Source of the DNA: Azolla caroliniana
Lineage: Eukaryota; Plantae; Polypodiophyta
Direction of reading: 5' to 3'
Length of the DNA: 64,000 nucleotides
Assembly: GCA_043228905.1 (NCBI GenBank)
Contig: JBHGNT010000016.1
Span: forward strand, 5,270,001-5,334,000
The notes beneath the pieces are model-generated. The model had not been told where the DNA came from. It was given only the letters and a program-made list of their open reading frames with translations, and made no database searches. Below, piece by piece: positions 1 through 11,295 of this stretch. Each line of letters begins with the position of its first letter. The stretch's first letter is position 1. The position numbers were made by a program, and so were the translations under genes.

Positions 1-359
1 TGCATTCATTCTCTAACTCTACAGAAATGGTTTCCATTTATAAAGTTTTTCGAAGTAAATATTTTCATACTGATTACCATTTTAAGAAAAGGTATCCATA
101 AACAACAACATCTGTTCCACTCTACAGAAATGGAATTCTTTTTTCATGGTTGAGGATTTTCCAGAGAAAAAACAATCTTACACTTCAGAAATGTGATTTT
201 GTTGTATGATTTCCACACACATTGTGTTGCTCTAAAGAAATGAAATTACCTTAGGAATTCCATTAAGACAAACATTGTCATGCACTACATGAAATGGGAT
301 TATTGTAGTGTTTCCACAGACACGAAAAAACAACATTTCCTTACTCCACAGAGGTGAGA

Positions 360-866
360 TCATTTCTCCATTAACTCTTTACCATCTCGACCTTGATCAT
401 CAGGTTGAGGTGGATCACCATAGAGAACGTCCGTGCCATACATAAGGCAAGCATTCTGATCTTCGGAGAAATACCAGTAAGTGGAACGTTTGTCATCATA
501 ATGCCACACGGGATACAGAAGGTAATCCTTCTTCTCTTCACAAAAGTACCAGTAAAAGGATCGATCTTCATGGTGATACCAAAGAGGCCAAGGAGGATTC
601 ACAGTGTCTGTCTGGTCCGTTGCTTCTGCTTCTGCTATTGGCAGTGTGTAGAGGAGGTAAGCATTGGAATCCTTGCAATAGTACCAATACTCGTTCTTCT
701 GTTCGTGGATAAACCAAGGCGGGTAGGAGAGCTTTTGGTAGTCTTCTATGTCTTCGGCGTCTTCTTCTTCTTCTTCTTCTTCTTCTTCTTCTTCTTCTTC
801 TTCTTCTTCTTCTCCTCGTCGTCCTCCATCATCATCATCATCAGAATCCATCTTTGTCATCTTCAT
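360..866 (-). CDS. Uncharacterised acidic protein (or terminal coding exon) with a poly-D/E tract and three Trp/Tyr-rich ~25-aa repeats
   Basis: Open frame containing PPWFIHEQKNEYWYYCKDSNAYLLY, PLWYHHEDRSFYWYFCEEKKDYLLY and PVWHYDDKRSTYWYFSEDQNACLMY. The repeats are conserved as protein but diverged as DNA. A possible upstream acceptor (cctgcctgcag, minus strand) lies near 892, so the true start is uncertain. Confidence 0.6.
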   Translation of the reverse strand: MKMTKMDSDDDDDGGRRGEEEEEEEEEEEEEEEEEDAEDIEDYQKLSYPPWFIHEQKNEYWYYCKDSNAYLLYTLPIAEAEATDQTDTVNPPWPLWYHHEDRSFYWYFCEEKKDYLLYPVWHYDDKRSTYWYFSEDQNACLMYGTDVLYGDPPQPDDQGRDGKELMEK

Positions 867-904
867 CAAAATCGGCCGTCGTCTATGCAGACTGCAGGCA
901 GGAA

Positions 905-1010
905 TGTATGTATGAATGTATGAATGTATGTATGTATGTATGTATGTATGTATGTATGTATGTATGTATGTATGTATGTATGTATGTATGTATGGATGGA
1001 TGGATGGATA
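905..1010. repeat. (TATG)n/(GATG)n microsatellite
   Basis: Directly visible run. Confidence 0.95.
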
Positions 1011-1020
1011 ATGTATCTAT

Positions 1021-1472
1021 GTATTATTATTATTTAAGTTGTGTCGAGTGAAAGGGTATGTTGTGCTAGATTTGATGTGTGATGGGGGTGTGGGTGTGGG
1101 TGTGGGCGAAAAATATGGGGGGTTGTTTGAGGCCGGATTGGTCCTTGAAGGGTGGTTGTATGTATGTATGTATCTATCTATCTATCTATCTATTATTATT
1201 GTTAAGTTGTGTCAAGTGAAAGGGTATGTTGTGCTCACTGCTAGATTTGATGTGTGATGGGGCTGTGGGCGAAAAATATGGCAGGTTGTTTGGGGCCGGA
1301 TTGGTCCTTGAAGGGTGGTTGTATGTATGTATCTATCTATCTATCTATCTGTTATTATTGTTAAGTTGTGTCGAGTGAAAGGGTATGTTGTGCTAGAATT
1401 GGTGTGTGATGGGGCTTTGGGCGAAAAACATGGGGGGTGTTTAGGGCCAGATTGGTCCTTGAAGGGTGGTTG
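1021..1472. repeat. Tandem repeat, 3 copies of ~160-170 bp with embedded microsatellites
   Basis: aagttgtgtc(g/a)agtgaaagggtatgttgtgct...ggtccttgaagggtggttg recurs at 1036, 1204 and 1363; followed by (TG)n at ~1487-1522. Confidence 0.9.
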
Positions 1473-1481
1473 AAGAGTAGG

Positions 1482-1524
<43 letters not shown>

Positions 1525-2374
1525 TGCGAGCGCGCACGTGTGCGTGCGCAATGAGTTGTGAGAACAAAGGGAAGGGTAGGAGGTGTGGCCCAAGATGATG
1601 TGCCAGAGGGTGATGGTTGCAGAGAGAAATGGGGGGTCATGGTGTTACGAGTAGGGCCATAAGGTACCTAGGGTGGGCCATGAGGCATTGCATCATCATA
1701 GTTTTCAGCCTCATAATTACTTGAAGGATGTACATGTTAGTGAGGCATATTGAAGCATCCATGGCCATGGCACAAGCACATGCTTTTACAAATGTCATCT
1801 CCACGAGTCGTGGGGAAAGCTTTTGATAGTCGAGAATGGTTGTACTTGTGATAGTTCTAAGACAATGAGGCCACTCAAAATATCTCTTAGGGATGAATAC
1901 AACTTGGTGTATGATATGGCATCTACCATGTGTGAAGGCAATCCACTCACGAGTATAAGAATCCAAGGGGTGGAATGTTGCCTTTGTTGTTGAAGGCCTC
2001 AACGCTATGGGTCTCAAATTGTTATCCAAGTAGTGTGTAACTCATTTTCAAATACCTTAGTAAATATCATCATCAAGTATGCAAATTCAACTAGGTTAGC
2101 AAGGTCAACCCATGGAACTATTATATGGTATGGGATAGCCATCAATACCAATTAGAGATGAGGTAGGGGCATGAAAACAATTCAATGAGTTGTGTAGCGT
2201 GTTACATCAATCTCCATCTCGATCGAATAAAGGGTGAGCAATACTAGCAGGTGAGTGTTCTCTGGCACCAAAGCCAACAACTATGCTTGTTCAAATGGGG
2301 CCAATAATGCATTGGTGTAGAACACATCTTGCATGGTTGACTAACTTTGTTGATTCAAGTGTTTGACAAGTAAA

Positions 2375-2824
2375 TGTTGAGAATCAAGCTCAACATAGTG
2401 CAACATGTGAACACACCTTTTAAGAATCTATGATTACTCAAAGGTCAAGAGTCACACCACTACTCTCTACACATTAACTATGTGTCATAGAATCATATTC
2501 TATGGCACATAACTAATGAGTTACATATTCCCTATGGCAATGAGTCTTCACACTCGCCAAGAGATAGTGGTTGTTATAGTTAGTTAATGAAGAGAGAGGG
2601 TGACTATATATAAAGCACCCTCCTCATACTTCATACTAGGTCGGTTGTGACTCCTTGTAATGCTACATTTTTGTATCCCTTACTTTACTTGTGAATATAC
2701 ACCTTCTTCTCGAGTATTCCTTTTTCTATCTATCTTGTGTTCTCTATTCTCTCCTCTAATTCCTCACATATACACATAACACACATCTCTTCCGCTACAC
2801 AAGAATCATACCCGATTCTTTACA
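2375..2824 (+). mobile_element. Solo LTR (450 bp) with 5-bp target-site duplication
   Basis: Termini TGTTGAGAATC...GATTCTTTACA (imperfect inverted repeat, TG..CA); GTAAA on both sides (2370-2374, 2825-2829); internal TATATATAAAG at ~2605. Confidence 0.85.
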
Positions 2825-4716
2825 GTAAACTCCATAATAGTGGGTGGAGTGTGGAGAGTATTGAGTAACTTGACCATGCACGGGTAGGTGTTGTCGTAGA
2901 TGATCATGACATTGGTGTGAACCATGGGCATTGGTATAGAAGACAAGGCAATCTAGGTCATGAAGTTATCCTTTTGGTGAGGATTGTCGTTAAGATGCCA
3001 ACTTCTTATTGTAGGTCAATCGTGGTGGACTTCATGATGTTTTCTTTTTGAATGTTTGTTTGTTTGTTTTTTGGGGATTGATGGGCCTTCCTCTTATAGT
3101 TATTATGAGGGGCCAACAGAAGTAGAGATGCAAGTAAATTCTTTTGGCTAGCATGCCCTATTGATGGGGGGTGGAGCTATAGCCAAAGTGTGTTATGTAA
3201 TACATTACATTCAAACACTTGTTCTTTGAGTGCGAACTCACACTCCTAGAATTCATGCAATCCTTGCAATATTATAACTCTGAAGAGTTCTATATACATA
3301 TTTACTGGATCTCATAATGGAGAGAACATGTCGATTCTCAAGTTGTATGGTTGTTTTGTTAGTGAACATTTGGATGTAGTTGATCCAAACATTATGAAAA
3401 ATTCACATTTCAAGAGGCGAGGAGGTAGTGGGGCCAAGGCATAGCAAATTAGGATCAATAGTGAGGAACCTCTCAATGCAATGACCCTAGGGTAGGAGTA
3501 ATGGGCAATTGTCGACTTTTGTGCAATGAATGTGAGTTAGCCACCAAGCAATATGTTAGTGCTCACACAACTTCTAATGCTAGTCTCACACAAAGTGCAA
3601 TAAAGTTGCCCAATCCATCAAGGCTTAATGTTTTTCCCACTTGGTGAATCATTAGTTCACACATTATACATTGTTCTAAGTAGTGGCACAGTATTTGGTG
3701 GAGATCGTGTCATATATCATGTAGCTCTTTTGGGAACTCAGTATAGCGCCATCCCTCGTTTCGTTGGAGTGGAAGATGACAAGAGGTTGATGAGCATGAA
3801 AGCTTCATTAACAAACATTTGGAATGATGAATTGAAATTCCATGGTGGGTTGATTATTGAAGACATGCATCACAACCTTCTTTGTGTTGGGCAAATAGTC
3901 TTTGAAGAACTAGTTGCCAAACCTTGGTATATCCCCCACAAATTTGTTGGGAGGAAAACTTGGGGGCTCAAGCAAACTAGTCGTGCAGTTGCATTAGTGA
4001 GTTTGGCATGGCATTTCATGTCTTTCATTGTGAATGTGTAAATACATGTACCACACCCTCTACCTAAAAATGGATAGTGTGTGATGGCCTCAAAGTGCAG
4101 TCTTGGTTTGGTGGCCAACTTTGTCCTTTTTCATTAGTACATAATACTATTTTTAAGTGGTATTGTGAAAATGTATGGTAGTGTAATTTTAGGTTCGTAG
4201 TTATTTATCTGTGTACATAGGTTGTAGGGATTATGTATCCTTGTTTTGGAGAGTAGATATCGTGGTAGCTTAACTGATTGGGAAGTATTTTGAAGCTTTA
4301 CAATATCAATCACATCTTATTGATTACATTATTGTTAGGCTTCAGACTACCAACACATATTATTTATTACGCCATATATTTTCTCAGAACTTTCTAGCTG
4401 CTATCACAAACGTAGGAGTTGAGTGTGTGACGTGGTTCTATCGAACAACCTTACCAATTAAGCTACAACCATCCCAAAATCTTGTTCATCGATACGCAAT
4501 CGAAATGCAGGTCAACCTTAAGGCACATTTCGTTAATATCTAGGAAACGACTAGAACTATCATTGTGATGAAAAAAACATGAGCCCTTGTTTATAATATC
4601 CATTTTCTAATGAGTGATAAAACAATTATAATGATTGACTGTTACAAGGTTTTAGGATCATAGCTAGATGACAAAGCTAAGATTCATTTTTTTGACAAGT
4701 ATGTTTCAAAATCTAG

Positions 4717-5730
4717 TTTCAACTATTACCCATCCTAGTACTCCAAAAACAATACCTAAAAGACTCACACTCACTCATCCAGAAACTAGAACAACTAACC
4801 CCCCCTCCTAACAATTTCATCTTCTCTTTTGATGTAGAATCCCTTTATCCTAGCATCCCCCCTAAGTTAGGACTCGAAGCACTTTGCCATATCATCTCTC
4901 CCCATTTTTCCTTAGCCAAGACCAATCTTATCTATACCCTTAGCGCTCTAACCCTAGAGTATCACTATCTAACCTTCGATAATCAAGTATACCAACAAAT
5001 CAAAGGAACGGCCATGGGTAGCAACTTCTCAGTTGTCTATGCATGCCTTTTCTTATCACACCTAGAAAATTCACAAACCACACCCCATCTCTTCTATTTT
5101 ACTAGGTACATAGATGATGCATTCGGGGTTTGGACAGGTACGAAACCCCAACTCTTAGACTACCTCAATTTCTATAGCCTTATGACCAATAACTCTATTA
5201 AACTTACGATCCATACATCCCCCACTAGGCTCCCTTTCTTGGATATTTGGATCAATCTAGAGAACTCTAAGTTCTCTTTCAATTGTTTCCAAAAACCATT
5301 AAATTCCTATCAATATCTTCCCTTCTCCTCAGACCATCCCATACATGTCAAACAAAATTTTCTTTCGAACGAATTAAAACGCTACCTAGTTAGAGAAAGC
5401 ACACCTATAGGGTACCTAGAAATGAAAAAACATTTCTTCCTTAGACTCATTAGCCGAGGTTACCCACCAAATTTCATCCTTAAAGCCTTTACTAAACATC
5501 CTTTCTCCCTTAGGAATACTCTCATCCATAAGCATAAAAACAAATCTTCCCTTACACCTACCATATTCAAGCTTAGGTACTCTAAAAACTCCCCTAAATT
5601 AGGTATCCACTCGTTTTTAAAAGACTTACACGCCGACCTTAGCCTAGATCCCCAACTAAAAAACATTCTTAAGCCCTTCATATGTTGGACCAAGTCCAAA
5701 TCACTCTATTCTTATCTAGTCAAAAACTAA
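4717..5730 (+). pseudogene. Penelope-like reverse transcriptase, N-terminally truncated, frame still open
   Basis: In frame with and upstream of the ORF-track start at 5014: YLKDSHSLIQKL, FSFDVESLYPSIP, YQQIKGTAMGS, RYIDDAFGVW, LPFLDI, YLPFSSDHP, RGYPPNFI. Stops at 5730 with no GIY-YIG domain. Confidence 0.85.
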
Positions 5731-5985
5731 ATATATTAGATCCCCAAATCCCCATTAAAACATCACACCTACTATTGCTATCATTCTACTAGAACTAAAT
5801 ATAATAGATCCCCAAATCATCCCTTACCATCAAACTCATTAAGCTATCCCTCTCTACATTCACTACCTCCCTAACTCCCACATCCTCCTTTATACACATT
5901 CAAATCCCCTCTCATCCATCCCCACCACTCTCCTTCACTCTTCTTGCATCTTCCCCTATATAAGCCTCTCACATTTTTTGTATAT

Positions 5986-6038
5986 GGTCTTTAGCACTGA
6001 TGAGCTCATATAGAGCAAAACATGTTTGCCAAAAGACC
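5986..6038 (+). ncRNA. Minimal type I hammerhead ribozyme (core G-to-A variant)
   Basis: Stem I GGTCTTTAGCA / TGCCAAAAGACC; core CTGATGA (5997-6003); stem II GCTC-ATATA-GAGC; AAAAC in place of GAAAC; palindromic ACATGT stem III; GTT at the cleavage triplet. Confidence 0.75.
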
Positions 6039-6077
6039 TTTTCTTACATAAATTGAAATTTGAATTCTCTCTCTCTC

Positions 6078-6167
6078 TCTTCTCCTCCCCTACTACTCTC
6101 TTTTATCTTCTTCTCCTCCCCTACTACTCTCTTTTATCTTCTTCTCCTCCCCTACTACTCTCTTTTA
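6078..6167. repeat. 31-bp tandem repeat x3 in the PLE 3' region
   Basis: cttctcctcccctactactctcttttat recurs with period 31. Confidence 0.9.
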
Positions 6168-8884
6168 TACTATTCTTTAGGTACCATACTATTTACCCTA
6201 ACTATCCAACCGTCGAAGGTTATACGCTCGCACTCCTTGCTTAGGCCATACGGCCCACAAGTACTAAAAATTTACACACACAAATCTGTAGTATTTTAGA
6301 ATCATTATTTTCATGATAACCATAATCAATTCTCGTAAATGAACTCTTAGCTTGTAAATATGTTTGTTAAGCAAGTGAGATATTCCTTCCCCAACACATT
6401 AATGATAAAATCATCACCTTATACTTGTTTTTCTCAAATGTTTATCAAAATATTTTAGCTACATTTAGGCAACTTCACCCCATGTCTATGATAAAAAATC
6501 ATATTTTAAAGTTAGTGAATTGAAAGTTATTTTCACCACATATTCAACATGAATGTTAAGCTATCTTATGTACCCTCCTCTTACGTCATTGCTTATCTAC
6601 CACCTAACATCAGCGTTATCCTTTCACCTCCACGCTTACATTTGGCACACATAGTGGAGAGGTTGTTGATTCATGTAATCTTTTGACTTCTCTCCATTAT
6701 GCGGGACCCCCGCATCTTAATCTCCAAATAATATAATAAGATGAATGATGATGAATTTCAACATTAGAAGGAAATTATATGCAATTTCACACACAATGTG
6801 AAGTGTTTCCTTGCAACAAAAGTGTGATGTAAAAGAAAATGTAATACAGAGATCAATCAAACGATCAATTCACATGTACATTAATATCAAACTCATGAAT
6901 CTCATCATTAACGCAATTAAGAGCTAATATGATATTTGTCAAGCTACACCTTTTATTTCTGAAAACTACATGAATACCTTGAGATAATAAGTTTCATATT
7001 ATAAAGGGACATATTATATTTTCCCTATGATGACACGCATCTCTCTCATGAATGACCTTCGGTATTAATTGATTAAGCTACTTGGTGTACTTAATATTGT
7101 GCATGCTCAATGACTTGATAATGTTGATTGAAGTTGATTCCTCAATAAAACGAAAAGTAAATGAATACATTATCATACATAGTATAAACTATGTCCCAAG
7201 ATCGTTGCTTGTTGTGCACTTGATATTTGTGCATGATTGATGAATTGATAATGTTGATTCCCCAATAAAACAAAATTAAATGAATAAATTATCGTACACA
7301 ATATAGATTGTGTCCTAAGACAGGGGATGTCATGCTCCATGACGCACGTACTCGTTAATCTCATCCAAAAGTGAAAGTACCTAATTTGGTATTTTGCTCC
7401 AGCCCTCAACATTGGCCACTACACGATAACTTGATCCACCTGTCTCATTTGGTTTATGGATAAATAATGCAACAACTTGCAACCTAGGAACATATTGTAA
7501 AATATTTTTTTCCTTTTATGATTTCTATTTCTCAAACAAATATATGTAACCTTATTTGACAACATCTTCTCCTTTCCCATCTTTCTTACAAGTGGACATT
7601 TGACCTATTTCTCCTTTGCCATATACCTTAAAAGTGGACATCTCACCAAATTGTTGATATATTCCACTTAAAAAGGTTAATTGATTGCAGAAGTCTATTT
7701 AAGTTTCTCCACTTCCGAACTACATCTTTTGTATGGCATTACCTAAGCATAGATTGCCTTGAACATTGAGAATAGGACATTTAAATTTGTTAAGGAGAAG
7801 TTGAACTCATACAATCCTTATTATTTCATTTTTACTACATCCATATGAAACCAAAATTATAATGCACGTTATTTTTAGACTTTGATTTATGGTAAGGTCC
7901 ATGATATCATGTGCTAATGGTAAAAATCTTGGTTCTAGGTGATCTTAACTAAATAAATTGACACTCCTTTAGGATCACAACTTGAATTGCTTATTGATAT
8001 AAGTATCATCTTACTATAATGTGCATCGCTATTGGAAAGATTGTAACCCAAAAATTGAAGGAAACATTCATCATGAATAATATTATTATCTTTATAGTGT
8101 GTTTTCACAACTTACACACACAATCAACCAATCTAAATCAACCATTAACCTTGGGAGGATATGGATTGGAAACTTTACAAATAGTCATCAAGTATTGTGA
8201 AATATATAATCCTTCCACTATACAACTGTCAACAAGGAAGAAAACTTGTCGAATGTGACAATTAGAGGCGATCGGGACAAGGGAAGGCAAGATAGGTGTA
8301 TTTTGTGTGCCATGAAAACGAGTACAAACAAGGAATTTATGCACATTGGATCATGGACTAAGATAGAAAAAACATTATAAATCAATCAACCATATGCAAT
8401 CAATCAAAATGGCAACTAGAAAAACGGGGCACGCATGACGATTCAATGATATAATTTGGTCACAATAACAAAGTACGAAGAAAATTCATCCAAAACATGC
8501 TCGAACATATCACATGGATCGCCATAGATAAATAGTGAGAACCACATATTGTAACTCGTCATTAATAAAGAGACAAAGTAGTAGTGAAAATGTTTAGCCT
8601 TGTTGGGCATATCATTAGTAGTTGGACAAATCCAATAAGCCAACTTTTGATCCGTGGAGAAAAAAATTCTATTATATTCCGAGACAATTGTAGTGTTTTC
8701 TGGTAATTTCGTAACATGTTATACAACATAAATTTTCATGTATATGTATGTTAATGTAAATGTGCATAACATACCTCTCTCTCTCTCTCCCTCTCTCTAC
8801 ATGTATATATATGGATGTGTGTGTGTATAGAAAGACACATAGAAAAGAGTAAGCACAAGTTACTAGTGAGGTAGACTTAATAGT

Positions 8885-10024
8885 ATGCCAATTCCAACGG
8901 AGTTAGTGGGTTCATTGCCAAGGCCCTTGGCCTTGCAAGAGGCCTATGAAGCCTATGACAAAGGCACAATAACCTTAGATGCATTGGAGGAGGCCCAAGA
9001 AGTTGCGGCTGCCGACTCGATCCGCCGCCTCATAGCCGTGGGCGAGGCCTTCGTGAATGACGGCGAGCAACGCGAATCGAGCTTCGCCACGTACCCGCTG
9101 GTGGACACTCTGGCCGGCACGGGATTGGCCCCGAACCTCGCCCCGGACGGACAACTCTTCGCCATCTTCGAAGATGGGCACCATCGGAGGTTGCCAAGGA
9201 TCACGGCCGGCCCCTTCCGATACAAGAGATACGCATCCGAATTCGTCTCGAAGAACATTGCGGCAGCCGCGGGCTCCGGCCGCGCCGTCAAGCAAGCCGT
9301 CATCTCACCATCCATGATGATGCTCCTTTACCCCCTCGATGGCGAGATTGAAGGCTACCCGCGAAATCTCTTCTTGGACGATGTGTGCGATGAGGCCGAG
9401 CGAGACATCCGGTCGTGCTTCGCGGCGGGCGCCTCGCGTGTCTCGGTCGACTTCACCGAGGGCCGGCTAGCCAACAAGGGGGATGCGCGCAACGCTTGGA
9501 CCGGACGCGGCCTCCTAAATGACTTCATCGAGCTCAACAATCGGGTTTTCGACCGATTCTCAGCCTCCGACCGGCGTCGCATCGGCGTCCACACTTGTCC
9601 GGGCGGAGATTGCGACTCGGTTCATAGCCACGAGGTGCCGTACTCGGCACTCCTCCCCGACCTCTTCCGTATGAACGTTGGCTACTTCTTGATCCAGTGT
9701 GCAAGCGAAGTCGATCGAGAGGCCGTTTATGCCTTGTGTGCGAAGCACATTGGTGAAGAGCAAGTGTGTTTCATCGGGGTCACAAACCCACTTTCCCCAC
9801 GCGTGGAGACACCTGAGGAAGTGCGCGACCAATTGATTGTGGCGGCACGCCACATCGGCGCCCATCGCATTGGCGCCACGGACGATTGTGGGTTCTCGCC
9901 ATTTAGCCGTGATGTGAAGCCCAGACATGGGGGCTCACCTGACTTCGCACGTGATGTGGCCCTTGATAAGATTGCGGCTCGATTGGAGGGTGCCCGTCTT
10001 GCCTCTATCCAACTCGGTGTGTAG
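8885..10024 (+). CDS. Cobalamin-independent methionine synthase-like protein (single catalytic barrel, MetE C-terminal/UROD-MetE superfamily), intronless
   Basis: 379-aa ORF with VGSLPRP, DGEQRESSFATY, Zn-binding HTC (GVHTCPGGD), IGVTNP..PRVETPEEV and the third Zn ligand in TDDCGFSPF. Clearly more GC-rich than its flanks; TA-rich TATA-like run ~80 bp upstream. Confidence 0.9.
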   Translation: MPIPTELVGSLPRPLALQEAYEAYDKGTITLDALEEAQEVAAADSIRRLIAVGEAFVNDGEQRESSFATYPLVDTLAGTGLAPNLAPDGQLFAIFEDGHHRRLPRITAGPFRYKRYASEFVSKNIAAAAGSGRAVKQAVISPSMMMLLYPLDGEIEGYPRNLFLDDVCDEAERDIRSCFAAGASRVSVDFTEGRLANKGDARNAWTGRGLLNDFIELNNRVFDRFSASDRRRIGVHTCPGGDCDSVHSHEVPYSALLPDLFRMNVGYFLIQCASEVDREAVYALCAKHIGEEQVCFIGVTNPLSPRVETPEEVRDQLIVAARHIGAHRIGATDDCGFSPFSRDVKPRHGGSPDFARDVALDKIAARLEGARLASIQLGV

Positions 10025-11295
10025 GTGCCAACCTTTCTAGGAGTGTAAAAGGGTTCCTCATGTTTTTGTTTTCTCTCTCTATATATGTATTTAAATGTGT
10101 ATGTATCATGTCAAGTATATCCTTTTGACAAATCCAAGTATGCAATGATCCAATCACAATGCTCTTGTATTTCATAGGGACTCTAGAAAGACAAGTATGT
10201 AAGTTCCTCTCTATCATCCATGTCTCGTACCCTACTAATGTTTCACATCGACACTATGCAGGTCAAGAGTGTTGGATTGATTATTTGCTTTTGATCATTT
10301 CTCCTTTCTTCTTGCATTTAGTGTCCACATCTTCATTGATGCATAGTTTGTGCACATTGCATTCTCATTTCTCTCCAAGAGTATGTGTTGTATGTTATGT
10401 TAAAAGAACCAAATATTAGATATTTGGCACTATTATCATGTCTTTTCTTCAAATAAGGAAACAAGTGGATCGATTGCTCTAAAATAAGAACTCTTTATCA
10501 TATGTCACTAATTATTTTATGGAATTGCCATTTATTCTTTCTTTAAATGAGCAAAAACGAGAACTATCAGTGAGAGAGATCCAACAAGTGTATGTTTGGA
10601 GATTACTCATATCATTGTTTCCTTCTTCATATTATTAGGAGGGGTCTAAGATGGTCAAGTTTAAGATCATCAATATAAAATAGCCATCACCCAATCAAGA
10701 AATTGAAATATAGCATTCTAATATGTATAGCATAATCACTTCATGCATGCAACGTTTTTGGATGAGAAAATAACCTATTACTTTAGTGTCGGATTAGTGT
10801 ATTTCTCTAGATTAATGCCAATAATTTTGCCATAAAGTAATTAACACGCCATTTACAACAAAGAAGAAATGGGATGAAGAAGTTAACAAAATTAATGTTC
10901 ACACTAAACCTACAGTAAATGTCTCACTATATATTATCATCTTAACATATGGGAGGTGATTTGTTACTAAGAATTATAAGATCCTTTATGTGGTAAGATT
11001 GAAAAGTGGATATCTATGAAGCATTTGTGCTAGCAAGTAATGGAAAGCTTTTTCCTCAACATGCATGTTTCTTAAATGCTTGAGGACAAAGCATATTGGC
11101 AAGATAAATGATAGAAAATAGGCTGTTTTGTACAATTCACAAATGTCAATCAAAATTGTGACTAATGAATGACCTTTGTATAATCTTCACATGATGAATA
11201 GTTACTCAACTTATGTTACTTTGCCTTTTCATGTAAGCCCATTATAAATCTACTCTTCGTAGGTCTATAAATATATGTTGATCTACTTCGGCCTA

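Larger units (their letters stand above)
4717..6300 (+). mobile_element. 5'-truncated Penelope-like retroelement (RT ORF plus 3' pLTR-like region)
   Basis: PLE-type RT motifs in 4717-5730, then TATATAA (~5957), a hammerhead motif (5986-6038) and short tandem repeats. Strong C/A strand bias. 3' boundary approximate. Confidence 0.85.

Noticed and set aside
1637-4118. Several 80-140 aa ORFs around the solo LTR
   Set aside because: No recognisable motifs and stop-riddled neighbouring frames; probably a decayed element that I cannot classify.
4430-4475. Minus-strand GGTTGTAGCTTAATTGGTAAG resembling a tRNA A box
   Set aside because: No anticodon arm, properly spaced B box or acceptor stem; at most a SINE-head relic.
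6698-6716. GC hairpin ATGCGGG..CCCGCAT as a Helitron 3' end
   Set aside because: No CTRR terminus at the expected distance on either strand.
8953-9928. Antisense and alternate-frame ORFs overlapping the MetE-like gene (likewise within the AKR and PPR genes)
   Set aside because: Expected shadow ORFs of long or GC-rich coding sequence; no independent motifs.
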